NCBI GenBank assembly: GCA_030390025.1
Contig: CM059432.1
Coordinates: forward strand, 98,458,001 to 98,522,000
DNA: 64,000 nt
Direction: 5' to 3'
Origin: Squalus acanthias
Lineage: Eukaryota
Shown: positions 46,515 through 59,325 of the stretch, piece by piece
Numbering within the stretch: position 1 is the stretch's first letter
How the letters are laid out: every line of letters begins with the position of its first letter
Made by a program: the position numbers and the translations under genes
The notes under the pieces: model-generated
Databases searched by the model: none
What the model was told of the DNA's origin: nothing
Seen by the model: the letters and a program-made list of their open reading frames with translations, nothing else

Positions 46515-47769
46515 TTAGCAATGGCAGAAGCCATTTCCACAGCAGGGGCCATAGAAGCGGCTTGCTATCAGCCGTTGACGGACGGCCCTTGCAGTTTCAC
46601 CATTGTGGGCCGCCCTCCCGCCTTGGTGCTGCTGATGATCATCCTCCTCATCCTCTTCCTCCTCCTCCTCTGGTGGTGCTCCAAGGCCTGGTGGCATTTG
46701 CTGGGTCCTGACGATTGCCATGTTATGCAACATGCAGCACACAACTATGAAGTTGGATACTCGCTCAGGCGAGTACTGCAGGGCTCCTCCAGAATGGTCG
46801 AGACAGCGGAACCGTTGCTTCAGCACGCCGATTGTGCGCTCAATGATGTTCCTGGTAGCTTGATGGCTCTCGTTGTACCGCAGCTCAGCAGGGGTGTTGG
46901 GCGTACGGAGCGGTGTCATCAGCCAGGTGCTCAATGGATACCCCTTGTCCCCGAGAAGCCAACCAACTGGCTGATGCGGTGCCTCGAAAAGTTCTGCCAC
47001 AGTAGTCTGGCGCAGGATGAAAGCATCGTGGCAGCTGCCAGGATAGTGGGCATTGACAGCGAGTATCAGCTGTCTGTGGTCACAGACCAACTGAACATTC
47101 AAGGAATGGAACCCCTTTCTGTTCCGGAAATCCTCGGCATTCTCATGGAGCACGCAAAGCCACATGCGTGCAGTCAATGGCGCCCTGCACCATGGGGAAG
47201 CCCGATATCCTCGCAAAGCCCAGAGCGCGGTCACGCTGCTTGTCTAGGGTCATGGGGAAAGAGATGAACTCTCGTCTCCTTTTAAAGAGGGCATTTGTGA
47301 CCTGCTGGATGCAGCAATGCACCGCGAACTGGGAGATATTGGCGAGGTCCCCAGCAGCAGCTTGAAATGAGCCAGTAGCATAGAAGTTGAGAGCCACTGT
47401 GACCTTCACTGCCACCGACAGAGACGTCCTGGACCTCAGTTGAGGCTGCAGATCTGGCAGCAGCAGGTGGCAGAGCTCAGTGATCACCTCCTTGCTGAAT
47501 CGCAGCCTTCGCAAACACAGCTCCTCAGACATATGAATGTAGGAGAGCTGTTCACGATATACCCTGGGAGGGTAAGCTCTCCTGTACATACGCCTGTTGG
47601 CCCTCCTCCGTCTGGCCATCATTGCCACTCTCTCTCTGCGTCTCTGTGTCCTCCGATTCAGCTGGAGCAGGACGACGCCCCCAATCAGTGCAGCCTCCAT
47701 AGTCTCTTTGCAAGCAAAGTTATGAAGGACAGCAACCAAAGTACCAGCGAAGTTAGGATCAGTAGGCAA
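46515..47769 (-). pseudogene. Harbinger (HARBI1-like) DDE transposase with one frameshift near 47145
   Basis: [15 protein letters not shown] and [18 protein letters not shown] motifs are split over two frames. 2-nt deletion relative to copy 2. Confidence 0.9.
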
Positions 47770-50127
47770 AACTACCTCACAAAGCGTTGACTCAATGCAG
47801 AAGTCTCTCTTTCTCTCTCTCCGAATCTCTCTCTCTCTCTCAGAACGAGTGGTGCAAAAATGTCAACCACAGAAAAAGACAGGAAGAGGCCCCCTTTAAA
47901 TAGCGCCCCCCCCAGCCCCACAGTGATTGATAGCGTTCCAGTTTTCCGGTCGTTGGATGCGCCAGGCGGTAAGGCAGGGGGCACCACTCAATTTCCGCTC
48001 CGGGGCGCCACAAGGGCGTTGCACCATGGAATGACGTCACAATCTGCGCGCGCAGGTGGTCGCAGCGGTAAAGTTTAGCGACGCCGCACAATGTCTAGTT
48101 AAGTTCCCGAGCGGCGCAAACATCGCTGCGCCCGGGTGCTAGCGGCTTTGCGCCCCATTAGCGCCCTCTTAAGGCGCTAACGGGAGGCGCAACCAACTGA
48201 ATTTTTCCCCCAGTGCCTTTAGATTTGTCTTTTTAACATTTTTAGACATCTTAACATTTTTTTGTACTATGGCGCTATTTGTCTTTTTACCATTTATTCT
48301 TACCCGGACCCTATTTGTTGGTGCATTCCTTTGTTTGTACATTCTGTCCCTTCCTGACACAATCTGGTTATCCTTACCCCAATCACTTTCCTGTACTGCT
48401 TCCTTGTCTTTTCTCTTTAGCATTCTAGATTTCTCTCCACCGCGACCCTCCCCCCACACCCTTATTTAGTTTAAAGCCCTATCTACCTCCCTAGTTATTC
48501 GATTCGCTAGAACTCTGGTCCTAGCATGGTTCAGGTGTAGTCCGTCCCAACGGAACAGCTCTCTCTTTCCCCAGTACTGGTGCCAGTGCCCCATGAATCG
48601 AAATCCACTTCTCTCACACCAATCTTTGAGCCACGCATTCATCTCCCTGATCCTATTGACCCTATGCCAATTTGCTCGTGGCTCCGGTAATAATCCAGAG
48701 ATTGTGACCTTTGAAGTTCTGTTTTTTTAATTTAGTCCCAATCTGCTCAAACTCTCTCAGCAGAACCTCCTTCTTTGTACCTCCTATGTCATTGGTACCT
48801 ACGTGAACCACAACAACTGGATTCTCCCCCTCCCACTCCAAGTTCTTCTCCAGCCCGGAGGAGATGCCCTTTACCCTGGCACTGGGTAGGCAACGTAGCC
48901 TTCGGGACTCACGCTCCTGGCTGCAGAGAACAGTATCTATCCCCCTAACTATACTGTGACCTACTACAACCACCTTCCTTTTTACTCCCCCCACTTGAAC
49001 GGCTTCCTGTACCACGGTGCTGTGGTCAGTTTGCTCATCCTCCCCGCAGTCCCCGCACTTGTCCACAAGGGTTGCAAGAACCTCAAATCTATTGGACAAG
49101 TGCAGGGACTGAGGCTCCTGCAATACTACCTCCTGGATCCCCATACCTGCCTCACTTGCAGTCACACCCTCCTGTCCCTGACCACGTGTCAATTCTAAAG
49201 TAATTAATTTAAGAGGTGTGACTGCCTCCTGGAGCAAAAGGTTCAGGTAACTTTCTCCCTCCCTGATGTCTCGCAATGTCTGCAGCTCCTCAACTCGGAG
49301 CCGAAGTTCCTCGAGCCGCAGACACTTACCGCAGGTGTAGTCACCCTGGACAAAAATGTCCACAAGCTCCCACATGTTGTAGTAGCAACACATCTTGTGT
49401 TCTCCCATTATTTTATTTATTTAATTAATTAGTTTAGTGTTAATCAAATTATTTACCTAGTTTAGTTTATTAAATTAATTAAATTAAGTTTAGTTTTTAA
49501 AATTTAGTTATATGCTGTATGTTAACTTAAAACTTAGCCCACAGTCACTACCAATTACTTACCTGCCTTACCTGTGATGTCACACTGCCATTTTCTCTTG
49601 TTATTGCAGGTCTGCTGCTGCTTTTATCCCCGCTCTCGGGCCTCGGTCGGCTCCCGTTCAGGTCCGCCACTGCTCTGTGGGAGAACTTAGGAAAAGCAAG
49701 CACCTCCTTCCCCCACTTCACCAAACTCCCACACTTACCAAACTTCCACTTGTTCACTCTGTGCTCACTGCACTCAGTGCTGGCTGCACTCACAGGCCCC
49801 TGTGTTTATACTTTTGTAACTTAGATGAGTCAACACTGCTCTGCTACTGTTTCAGGAACCAGTTTAATCTAGTTAGCTAATTAACTACAGCAGCTCTTCA
49901 GCAGGAGAGCTTGCTTGTTTGTCTCTGCTTAAGCCTGAAGAAACTTAAAAATTTAAAGTTCAAAATTTTAACTTAAACAGTTGATCTTACTTAAGAGCTA
50001 CTAGCAATTTACACTAGATTTTAAAAGAGATTAACCCTTAAAACTCCCACACTTACCAAACTCCCAGTTGTTCACTCTGTGCTCACTGCACTCAGTGCCT
50101 GTTCCCTTGTTGGTTCTAAGATATATT

Positions 50128-50768
50128 GGGGGCAAAATTGGGCTGTGTGGTGCTCTTATTTTAGGTATTATGTGGCCTTCTGATGCGTGAAAATGGGGTC
50201 CGAGATGCGCGCGCACAATTTCAATGGGAGGGTCTTTAGGGAGCAATTCTCTTACCTCAACTGCAGTGAGAACCAATGCATGAGATGTCTTCACTTCACA
50301 AACGAACTCGTGAATGAATTCTGCCAACCGCTGCAGCCACAACTGCAAACTCCAAGTACCGTTAAGACAGCATTGCTTGTAGTGGTCAAGGGGACCGTGG
50401 CTCTTAACGTTTATGCTTCTGGCTCCTTCCAGGCTCCTGCTGGAGTTATAAGCCACATCTTGCAGTTTGCAGTACTCTGATACATAAAGAGAGGTCACTG
50501 AGGCTCTCTATACACAGAGAGACAGCTTTCTCTCATTCCGTCTTGCCAGAGAGAAGCAGGCAGAGCGAGCACAAGAGTTTGCATGAACTGCAGGCTTTCC
50601 CATGCTGCAGAGTGCCATTGACTGAATGCACATTGCCTTGCGAACGCCCTATGTGAACTCTGCCATTTTCATGAACCGAAAGGGATTCCACTTCTCAATA
50701 AGCAGCTGATGTGCGATCATAGGCAGCGCATCATGCATGTGAATGCCTGTTATCCTGGCAGTCATTAT
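50128..50768 (+). mobile_element. Harbinger end and transposase N-terminal remnant
   Basis: TIR-like GGGGGCAAAATT. RVFREQFSYL...ALNVYASGSFQ...; breaks off at the CR1 5' end. Confidence 0.75.
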
Positions 50769-50771
50769 GAA

Positions 50772-51014
50772 AAAGCAGCAGCAGCGGCGAGAGAATAAAG
50801 AGCGACCCGGGAGTGGACTTGAATTAAAGCAGCGGTAGCGGCGAGAGGATAAAGAGCGTCCCGAGAGCGGAACTGAATTAAAGCAGAGGCAGCGGCGAGA
50901 GGATAAAGAGCGGCCCGAGAGCGGACCTGAATTAAAGCAGCGGTAGCGGCGAGAGGATAAAGAGCGGCCCGAGAGCGGACCTGAAGTAAAGCAGCAGCAG
51001 CGGCGAGAGGATAA
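50772..51014 (+). repeat. 54-bp GC-rich tandem repeat (~4.5 copies) in the CR1 5' UTR
   Basis: Unit AAGCAGCGGTAGCGGCGAGAGGATAAAGAGCGGCCCGAGAGCGGACCTGAATTA. Confidence 0.9.
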
Positions 51015-51302
51015 TAACTTAAACTAAATAAAATAATCAAACAATAAACCTAAAATAACGATTGAATATAATCTTAACTAACTAATTAATTAATAAATAA
51101 AACAAGGTTAGAGATGGCAGGGCAGGTGGTGTGTCGTAACTGCAGCATGTGGGAGTCTGTGGAGAGCTTCGCGATCCCGAGCAACCACATCTGCAGTAAG
51201 TGTCTGCAACTCGAGGAACTTCGGCTCAGAGTTGTTGAGCTGGAGTACGAGCTGCAGACATTGCGATGCATCAGGGAGGGGGAGAGTTACCTGGACACTT
51301 AT

Positions 51303-52148
51303 GGGGGCGATTTTGCCAGCCCTGGGGAGACGGGTTTGGAGGCGGGACTGCCGGGAAAATGGCAGAATCTGGGGGTGGTTACCCATCCCGCCCCCAACCC
51401 GCCTCCGTGCCATCTTCCCAGGAGGCGGGTACCTGACCCGCGCCAGGTCCTGTATCCTGGAGGCGGGAAAGGGATTACAGCCACTTAACTGCCTGTTAAC
51501 AGGCAGTTAACAGGCAGTTAAGAGGATTATTCTCATTTTTCCAACAGAGGTGCGGGCTTCCCGATGTTAGGAAACCCCGCCAGGGTCAGCGAGGCGAGCA
51601 GTGGGTCTGCGGGGATCGGACGGGTGCAAAAGTGCGCTGTGGAGGTGAGTGGTGGGTGCAAGTGTGGAGAGGTAAGTATGTGAGGTGAGTGAAAAGTGTT
51701 AGAAAAAGTTTCCTTACCTTTGTTTCTTCCTGCAGGCTTCAATCGTTGGGGATCCGGAGGCTCCGGCATCTCCACGGTAGAGATGACAGAATGGCTGCTG
51801 CATTCTCCGATGCAACAGCCATCTGCTTTCTGCTCAGGAAATAGGTTTGGTGAGCCTTGAGTACAGGAACTCACCAAACAACAGAGATTGTCAGTGTTTG
51901 ACAGCTTCTCAAAGCTGTCAAATGATGACAATTCATCTGTCAAAAATTTTTGACAGATGAAACGTCATACGCTGACGTTCTCTGTCACCGGCTTTCCCTT
52001 AATTGGCCTGCTAAGCCCACTGGGTGGGCTTAACAAGGTCAATCAAGGGAAAATAGCGTGGATTGGCCACAAGTCGATGGAGGCGGGACTAAAACACGAC
52101 AAGCAGCAGTCCCGCCTCCAACGCGCCCCCATTGGCAAAATCACCCCC
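51303..52148. mobile_element. Harbinger-type MITE in CR1 ORF1
   Basis: TIRs GGGGGCGATTTTGCC / GGCAAAATCACCCCC, TSD TAT/TTT. Confidence 0.88.
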
Positions 52149-53600
52149 TTTGTTCCAGGAGGCAGTCACACACTTTAGGATTAGTAGTACTTTAGAGTTC
52201 ATCAGTGGTCAGGAACAGGAGGGTGTGACTGCGAGTCAGGAAGGTATGGGGACCCAGGATGCAGTGAAGGAGGAGCCTCAGCCCTGGACCTTGTCCAACA
52301 GGTACGAGGTACTTTCTACCTGTATGGATGAGGAAAAGGACTGCATGGAGGATGGGCAAACTTACCACGGCACTGTGGTACAGGGGGCCATCCAAGTGGG
52401 GGGAGAAGGAAGGAATGTGGTAATAGTAGGGGGCAGTATATCAGGGGGATAGATACTGTTCTTTGCAGCCACGAAAGAGAGTCCCAAAGGCTGTGTTGCC
52501 TGCCCGGTGCCAGGGTTAAGGATATCTCCTCGTGGCTGGAGAAGAACTTGGAGTGGGAGGGGGAGGATCCATTTGCTGTGGTCCATGTAGGAACCAATGA
52601 CATAGGTAGAATTAAGAATGAGGTTCAGCTGAGGGAGTTTGAGGAGCAAGGGTCTAAATTAATAAGCAGAACCACAAGGGTAATAATCTCTGGTTTACTA
52701 CCTGAGCCACGTGCAAATTGGCATTGGGTCAAGCAGATCAGAGAGTTAAATGCGTGGCTCAAAGTGTGGTGTGGGAAAATGGGGTTTCAATTCATGGGGC
52801 ATGGGCACCAGTACTGGGGAAAGAGGGAGCTGTTCCATCAGGGCGGGCTCCACTTAATCCGGGCTGGGACAGTGTCCTGGCGAATCGAATAACTAGGGCT
52901 GTAGATAGGCCTTTAAACTAAAAAAAGGGGGTAAGGGGTCAGGTGAGGGGGAATTTAGAAATCTAAAGAGAAAGGTCGAGGCAATAGAGCAGTGTAGAAA
53001 TTTGGGTAAAAATAAGCAGAGTGTGACAGGAAGGGATAGAGAGTTTAATAGTAGCAGTGCAGCAGAGAATAAGGTCAAAGCAGGGAATAATGGTAAAACA
53101 TTTAAATTAAAGGCTCTTTATCTGAATGCATGAAGCATTCGTAACAAGATAAACAAACTAATTGCACAAATAGAGATAAATGTGTTTGATCTAATAGCCA
53201 TTACAGAGACCTGGTTGCAAGGTGGCCAAGGTTGGGAACTAAGGGGTAGAAATTAGGTCGCGCCCCATTTGGGGCACAAATATCGTCCGGACGCAAATAT
53301 TAGCGCCTGGCGCTAATTATCGGCACTGACAGGAAACTTCACTTTTACCGCCCCGGGAGGTGAGTGGAGCGCTAAAGCAGGCGCTGCACACCTGTCTTAA
53401 GGCGCAAAGGCCAAGGAGTGAGGCGCTAACTTAGCGCGCGAGCGCAGCACAGCTGCTGCCAGTTAGCGAGGGAACACAGACACACTGGCGCCGGACACTT
53501 CTTAAAGCGGGGGGGGCCACTTGCTCCCCAGCCACACCCTGCTCATTGCAGCCTTGAATCTCAGCCTGCAGAGACCTGTGAATCCATTTTGCTGCCAAGC

Positions 53601-55477
53601 ATGGAGAGGGTGAGAGAACGCGCTCATCTCTTCACCGAGCGGGCCTTGGATGCTCTGGTTGACGCAGTGGAGCGCAGACGATGTATGCTGTTCCCTGAGA
53701 GTGGCAGGAGGCCTTTGCCACGCGAGTTCAGAAGAGTGTGGAGGGAGGTGGCTCAGAGCGTCTCCTCCAGGAGCATGGTGCCCAGGACCCATACTCAATG
53801 CCGCAAAAAGTTCAACGACCTCACTCGGGTCGTCAGGGTGAGTGGCTTTTTCTCAATACCTCTCCATCCCTCCATCTCAACCTCACTCTATGGCCAGAGG
53901 GTCTTAAAACCCCAATGCACAACACTCATCCAACACCTATGGCCCTTTCATCAAACACACACACACATTCCACACTTTGCATACAGTAAGGGCTATTCAC
54001 CTATGGGAGGCACATCAGGCAAGACCATGGCTGCATACAGTAAGGGCTATTCACCTATGGGAGGCACATCAGGCAAGACCATGGCTGTATACAGTAAGGG
54101 CTATTCACCTATGGGAGGCACATCAGGCAAGACCATGGCTGTATATTTACTCAGATGCTGTCCTTTTTCTTGCAGGCTAAGCTGGCTCATAATAGGAGAC
54201 AGCAGCAACGGACAGGTGGAGGGCGGCTTCAGCTGCAACCCCTCAGCGATCTTGAGGAGCGCGTCCACAGGATTGTGGCAAGCCGGGTGATCGGTCCCGT
54301 CGCCACTGGAGACGCCGACCCCGTTGTGGACAGCAATGGTAAGGTCATCACCTTTTTGTCCTCTGTCCTTCCACTTGTCCCTCACAACACCAGCCTTTGA
54401 CACTTTCAATCCAACTTGCTAACTCGCTGCACTTATTCCTCCCTTACTGCCACCCTGTCCTCACGCTAAAGCCACTGTTGTACCTCCCTGCTTTCAGATG
54501 GTGATTCACCAGCTGAGGAGACGGGCCCTGAAGCTGCCACTGGGAGTGATGCTGCAGCTGAGGAGGAAGAGGAAGCCAGAGCATCAGTGCCACCCTCTCC
54601 CGAGGAAGCCCATGCCCACACTGGGAACACGCCTTCCCCGGAGGGGAGCAGAGGGGAAGGGGCTGATGATGGTGAAGCTCCAGGACCCAGCGGGCTGCAG
54701 CAACGCCATGGGGGGGGTAGGGAAGAACGGGGGCCTTCTCCCCAGAGGGAGAGTATGCCAGACACTCCTACTGCAATGGACGCAGAGGAGGAGCGGCTGA
54801 TTGCAGAAATGAACACCCAGGCGGTGGGCATGCACACTGAGCTCATGGGTGCAGTGGGAAGGGTGCCCGAATGCATTGAGTCACTGGCAAGGAGTGTGGA
54901 GCACTTCGCTGTAGCACAGGCAGATGCCACACTAACGCTTAGTGCTGCAATTCAGTCACTGGCTGCCGTGATCCCACCTCTGACTGCTCTCATACAGACT
55001 CAGATGGAGGCCACGCGAGCAGAGACTGCTGCCAACCTCGATGGTTCGTGCACATGTCCCCGGGGCTGTCACCGTGCCGCAGCAGGCCAGCAATCTGTTC
55101 TCCGGCAGATTGCTCCGGATGCTGAAGTGCTGCCCCGTGGGAGTGCCAGTGTGTCGGGCGAGCAGGGAGTTGCTGGCCTCTCTCACGATGACAGCATTCC
55201 TGCTGCCAACACTGTCACTTCTCCACTGCACTTGCCACCGCCTGTAGGACAGATTGCTGCCGCCCATGCAGAGTTGGTGCAGTCTGCAGCCGGGCCCTCC
55301 AGGCCCAGAAGTGGTCGAGGCCGTCCTTCAGGGGCATCTGCAGTGTCAGGGTCTGACGAGCAGCAGCCTTCCACCAGCCTTGCTGCAGCCACTGAGGTCC
55401 CATTACGGAGGAGCAGTAGGGTTAGAAGGGGGGAAGTGCGCAAGGGAAGGAGATCACCCTCGAAGAGCAAAAAGTAG
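53601..55477 (+). CDS. Harbinger Myb/SANT-like protein, 3 exons (53601-53837, 54176-54338, 54498-55477), 459 aa
   Basis: Same exon boundaries as copy 1 and a continuous 1380-nt frame. Intron 1 has 3 copies of the 54-bp repeat. Confidence 0.85.
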
Positions 55478-55771
55478 GAGGTGTGCCAAAATGCTGGTCA
55501 TTTTTTTATTAAAGGCCGAGGTTCATGGTCCAACTTTTGTTTAGTGTTTTGGACATTATCTCCAGGTTGTGAGAACCAGTTATGTTATTGACTGTTTTTT
55601 TGTGTTTATTTCTATGAGTTTGTCATGAGGAATTGACACACACAGAGTTTGTAAAATAAATAAGTTTCTGTATTCAAAATATACATGGCTGGTGGTTGGA
55701 ATTATTGGTGCCTTGGCCGGCTTAGGGGTTGCGTGCTGGGTTGATTAGTGTTTGTAGCAATGGCAGGGGCC

Positions 55772-57001
55772 CTAGAAGCGGCTTGCTATTAGTCGTTGAC
55801 GGACGGCCCTTGCAGTTTGACCATTGTGGGCCGCCCTCCTGCCTTGGTGCTGCTGATGATCATCGTCCTCGTCCTCTTCCTCCTCTTCCTCCTCCTCCTC
55901 TGGTGGTGCTACAAGGCCTGGTGGCATTGGCTGGGTCCTGAGGATTGCCATGTTGTGCAACATGCAGCACACGACTACGAAGTTCGAAACTTGCTCAGGC
56001 GAGTACTGCAGGGCTCCTCCGGAATGCTCCAGACAGCGGAACCGTTATTTCAGCACGCCGATTGTGCATTCAATAATGTTCCTGGTTGCTTGATGGCTTT
56101 CATTGTACCGCAGCTCAGCAGGGGTGTTTGGCGTACGGAGCGGTGTCATCAGCCAGGTGCTCAATGCGTACCCCTTGTCCCCCAGAAGCCAACCAACTGG
56201 CTGATGCGGTGCCTCGAAAACTTCTGCCACAGTAGTCTGGCGCAGGATGAAAGCATCGTGGCAGCTGCCCGGATAGTGGGCATTGACAGCGAGTATCACC
56301 TGTCTGTGGTCACAGATCAACTGCACATTCAAGGAATGGAACCCCTTTCTGTTCCTGAATTCCTCTGCATTCTCTCGCGGAGCACGCAAAGCCACATGCG
56401 TGCAGTCAATGGCGCCCTGCACCATGGGGAAGCCCGCTACCCTCGCAAAGCCCAGAGTACGGTCACGCTGCTTGTCTGGGGTCATAGGGAAAGAGATGAA
56501 GTCTCGTCTCCTTCTGAAGAGGGCATTGGTGACCTGCCGGATGCAGCGATGCACCGCAAACTGGGAGATATTGGCGAGGTCCCCAACAGCGGCTTGGAAT
56601 GAGCCAGTGGCGTAGAAGTTCAAAGCCACTGTGACCTTCACTGCCACCGACAGAGACGTCCTGGACCTCAGCTGAGGCTGCAGATCTGGCTGCAGCAGGT
56701 GGCAGAGCTCAGTGACCACCTCCTTGCTGAATCGCAGCCTTCGCAAACACAGCTCCTCGGACATATGGATGTAGGAGAGCTGTTCACGATATACCCTGGG
56801 AGGGTAAGCTCTCCTGTACATGCGCCTGATGGCCCTCCTCCGTCTGGCCATCATTGCCACTCTCTGTCTGCGTCTCGGTATCCTCCGATTCAGCTGGAGC
56901 AGGACGACGCCCCCAATCATTGCAGCCCCCATATTCTCTTTGCCAGAAAAGTAATGAGGTACAGCAACTAAAGTAGCAACAAAGTTAGGATGAATAGGCA
57001 A
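55772..57001 (-). pseudogene. Harbinger (HARBI1-like) DDE transposase with one premature stop (56045-56047)
   Basis: 318-aa ORF with [15 protein letters not shown] and RNIIE. TAA where copy 1 has CAA; the frame continues to 55772. Confidence 0.9.
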
Positions 57002-59325
57002 AACTACCTCACAAAGCGTTGAGTCAATGTAGAAGTCTCTCTCTCTCTCTCTCCGAATCTCTCTCTCTCTCTCAGAACGAGTGGTGCATAAATGTCGACC
57101 ACAGAAAAAGACAGGAAGAGGCCCCCTTTAAATAGCGCCCCCCCCAGCCCCACACCGATTGATAGCGTTCCAGTCTTCCGGTCGTTGGAAGCGCCAGGCG
57201 GTAAGGCAGGGGGCGCCACTCAATTTCCACTCCGGGGCGCCCCAAGGGCGTTGCACCATGGAATGACGTCACAATCTGCGCGCGCAGGTGGTCGCAGCGG
57301 TAAGTTTTAGCACCGCCGCACAATCTCAAGTTAAGTTCTCGAGCGGCGCAAACATCGCTGCGCCTGGGCGTTAGCGGCTTAACGCCCCATTAGCGCCCTC
57401 TTAAGGCGCTAACGGGAGGCACAACCAAGTGAATTTTTACCCCTAAATGTTCCAGGGTACTTGACGTTTCGAAAAGACAGTCAGAATGGAAAAGGAGGGT
57501 GAGTAGCCCTGATAATAAAGGATGACATAAGGACAGTAGCAAGAAAGGATCTCGGCTCAGAAGATCAGGAAGTAGAATCAGTATGGGTGGAGATAAGGAA
57601 TAACAAGGGGCAGAAAACACTGGTAGGAGTAGTATATAGGCCCCCTAACAGTAGCTATACAGTTGGACAGAATATTAATCAAGAAATAGTAGGAGCTTGC
57701 AACAAAGGTTATGCATTAATCTTGGGGGATGTTAATCTTCATATAGACTGGACAAATCAAATTAGGAAAGGTAGTCTGGAGGACGAGTTCACGGAATGCA
57801 TTCGGGACAGTTTCCTAGAATAATATGTCATGGAACCAAACAGAGAACAGGCTATTTTAGATCTTGTATTGTGTAATGAGACAGGGTTAATTAGCAATCT
57901 CATAGTAAATGATCCTCTGTGGCAGAGTGATCATAATATGATAGAATTTCACATTAAATTTGAGAGTGACTTGCCTAAGTCCGAAACTAGAGTCTTAAAC
58001 TTAAATAAAGCCAATTACATAGGTATGAGGGGCAAGTTGGCTAAGGTAGATTGGGAAAATAGATTAAAAGGTATGGCGGTAGATAAGCGGTGGCTAGCAT
58101 TTAAAGAAATATTTCATAGTTCTCAACAAAAATACATTCCATTGAGAAACAAAAACTCCACAGGAAAAGTGATCCAACCGTGGCTAACTAAAGAAGTTAA
58201 GGATAGCATAGATTGAAAGAAGAAGCTTATAATGTTGCAAAGAATAATAGTAAGCCTGAGGATTGGGAGTTTCAGAAACCAGCAAAGGTGGACCAAAAAA
58301 TTGATAAAAAGGGAAAAAATAGAATATGAGAGAAAACTAGCAAGAAATATAAAAGCAGATTGTAAGAGTTTCTACAAGTATGTAAAAAGGAAAAGAGTAG
58401 CAAAAGTAAACGTTGGTCCCTTAGAGGCTGAGACAGGAGAAATTATTATGGGGAATAAGGAAATGGCATAAACAAATATTTTGTATCTGTCTTCACAGTA
58501 GAAGACACAAAAAGCATACCAAAAATGGTTGGGACCCAAGGGTGTAATGAGGGTGAGGAACTTAACGTAATTAATATAAGTAGAGAAAAAGTACTAGAGA
58601 AACTAATGGGACTAAAAGCCGACAAATCCCCTGGATCTGATGGCCTACATCCTAGGGTTCTAAAAGAGGTGGCTTCAGAGATAGTGGATGTATTGGTTGT
58701 GATCTTCCAAAATTCCCTAGATTCTGGAAGGGTCCCAGTGGATTGGAGGTCACAAATGTAACACCGCTATTCAAGAAAGGAGGCAGAGAAAAAAAAGGGA
58801 ATTACAGGCCAGTTAGCCTGACATCAGTCGTCGGGAAAATGCTGGAATCCATTGTTAAGAAAGTGGTATCAAGTCACTTAGAAAATCATAACATGATTAG
58901 GCAGAGTCAACATGGTTATATGAAAGGGAAATCGTGTTTGACAAATTTATTAGAGTATTTTGAGGATGTAACTAGTAGGGTAGATAAAAGGGAACCAGTG
59001 GATGTAGTATATTTGGATTTCCAAAAGGCATTCAATAAGGTGCTACATAAAAGGTTATAACACAAGATTAGGGCTCATGGGGTTAGGGGTAATGTAGTAG
59101 CATGGATAGAGAATTGGTTAATGGACAGAAAACAGAGAGAAGGGATAAACGGAACTTTTTCCAGTTGGCAGACTGTAACTAGTGGGGTGCCGCAAGGATC
59201 AGTGTTGGGGCCTCAGCTATTTACAATCTATATTAATGACCTCTATGAAGGGACGGAGTGTAATGTATCCAAGTTTGCTGATGATACAAAGCTAGGTGGG
59301 ACAGTAAGCTGTGAGGAGAACACAA

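Larger units (their letters stand above)
43955..48211. mobile_element. PIF/Harbinger transposon copy 1 (4257 bp)
   Basis: Perfect TIR GGGGGAAAAATT / AATTTTTCCCCC, 3-bp TSD AGT, convergent Myb and DDE genes. Confidence 0.95.
31827..49795 (-). mobile_element. CR1-A: 5'-complete CR1 LINE in three pieces (48212-49795, 43351-43954, 31827-32760), 3'-truncated
   Basis: ORF1 remnant 48662-49408 (CGKC zinc finger, leucine zipper, VVGHSIVRG/VHVGTND esterase). The endonuclease YLNARSIRNK reads across the Harbinger. 43351 (..VVRGPLG) rejoins 32760 (KSDHNM..). Confidence 0.85.
53243..57443. mobile_element. PIF/Harbinger transposon copy 2 (4201 bp)
   Basis: TIR GGGGTAGAAATT / AATTTTTACCCC, canonical TSD TAA, collinear with copy 1. 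Confidence 0.95.

Noticed and set aside
46515..47769. Host domesticated HARBI1 / NAIF1 genes
   Set aside because: The ORFs lie inside TIR/TSD-bounded multi-copy transposons and carry lesions.
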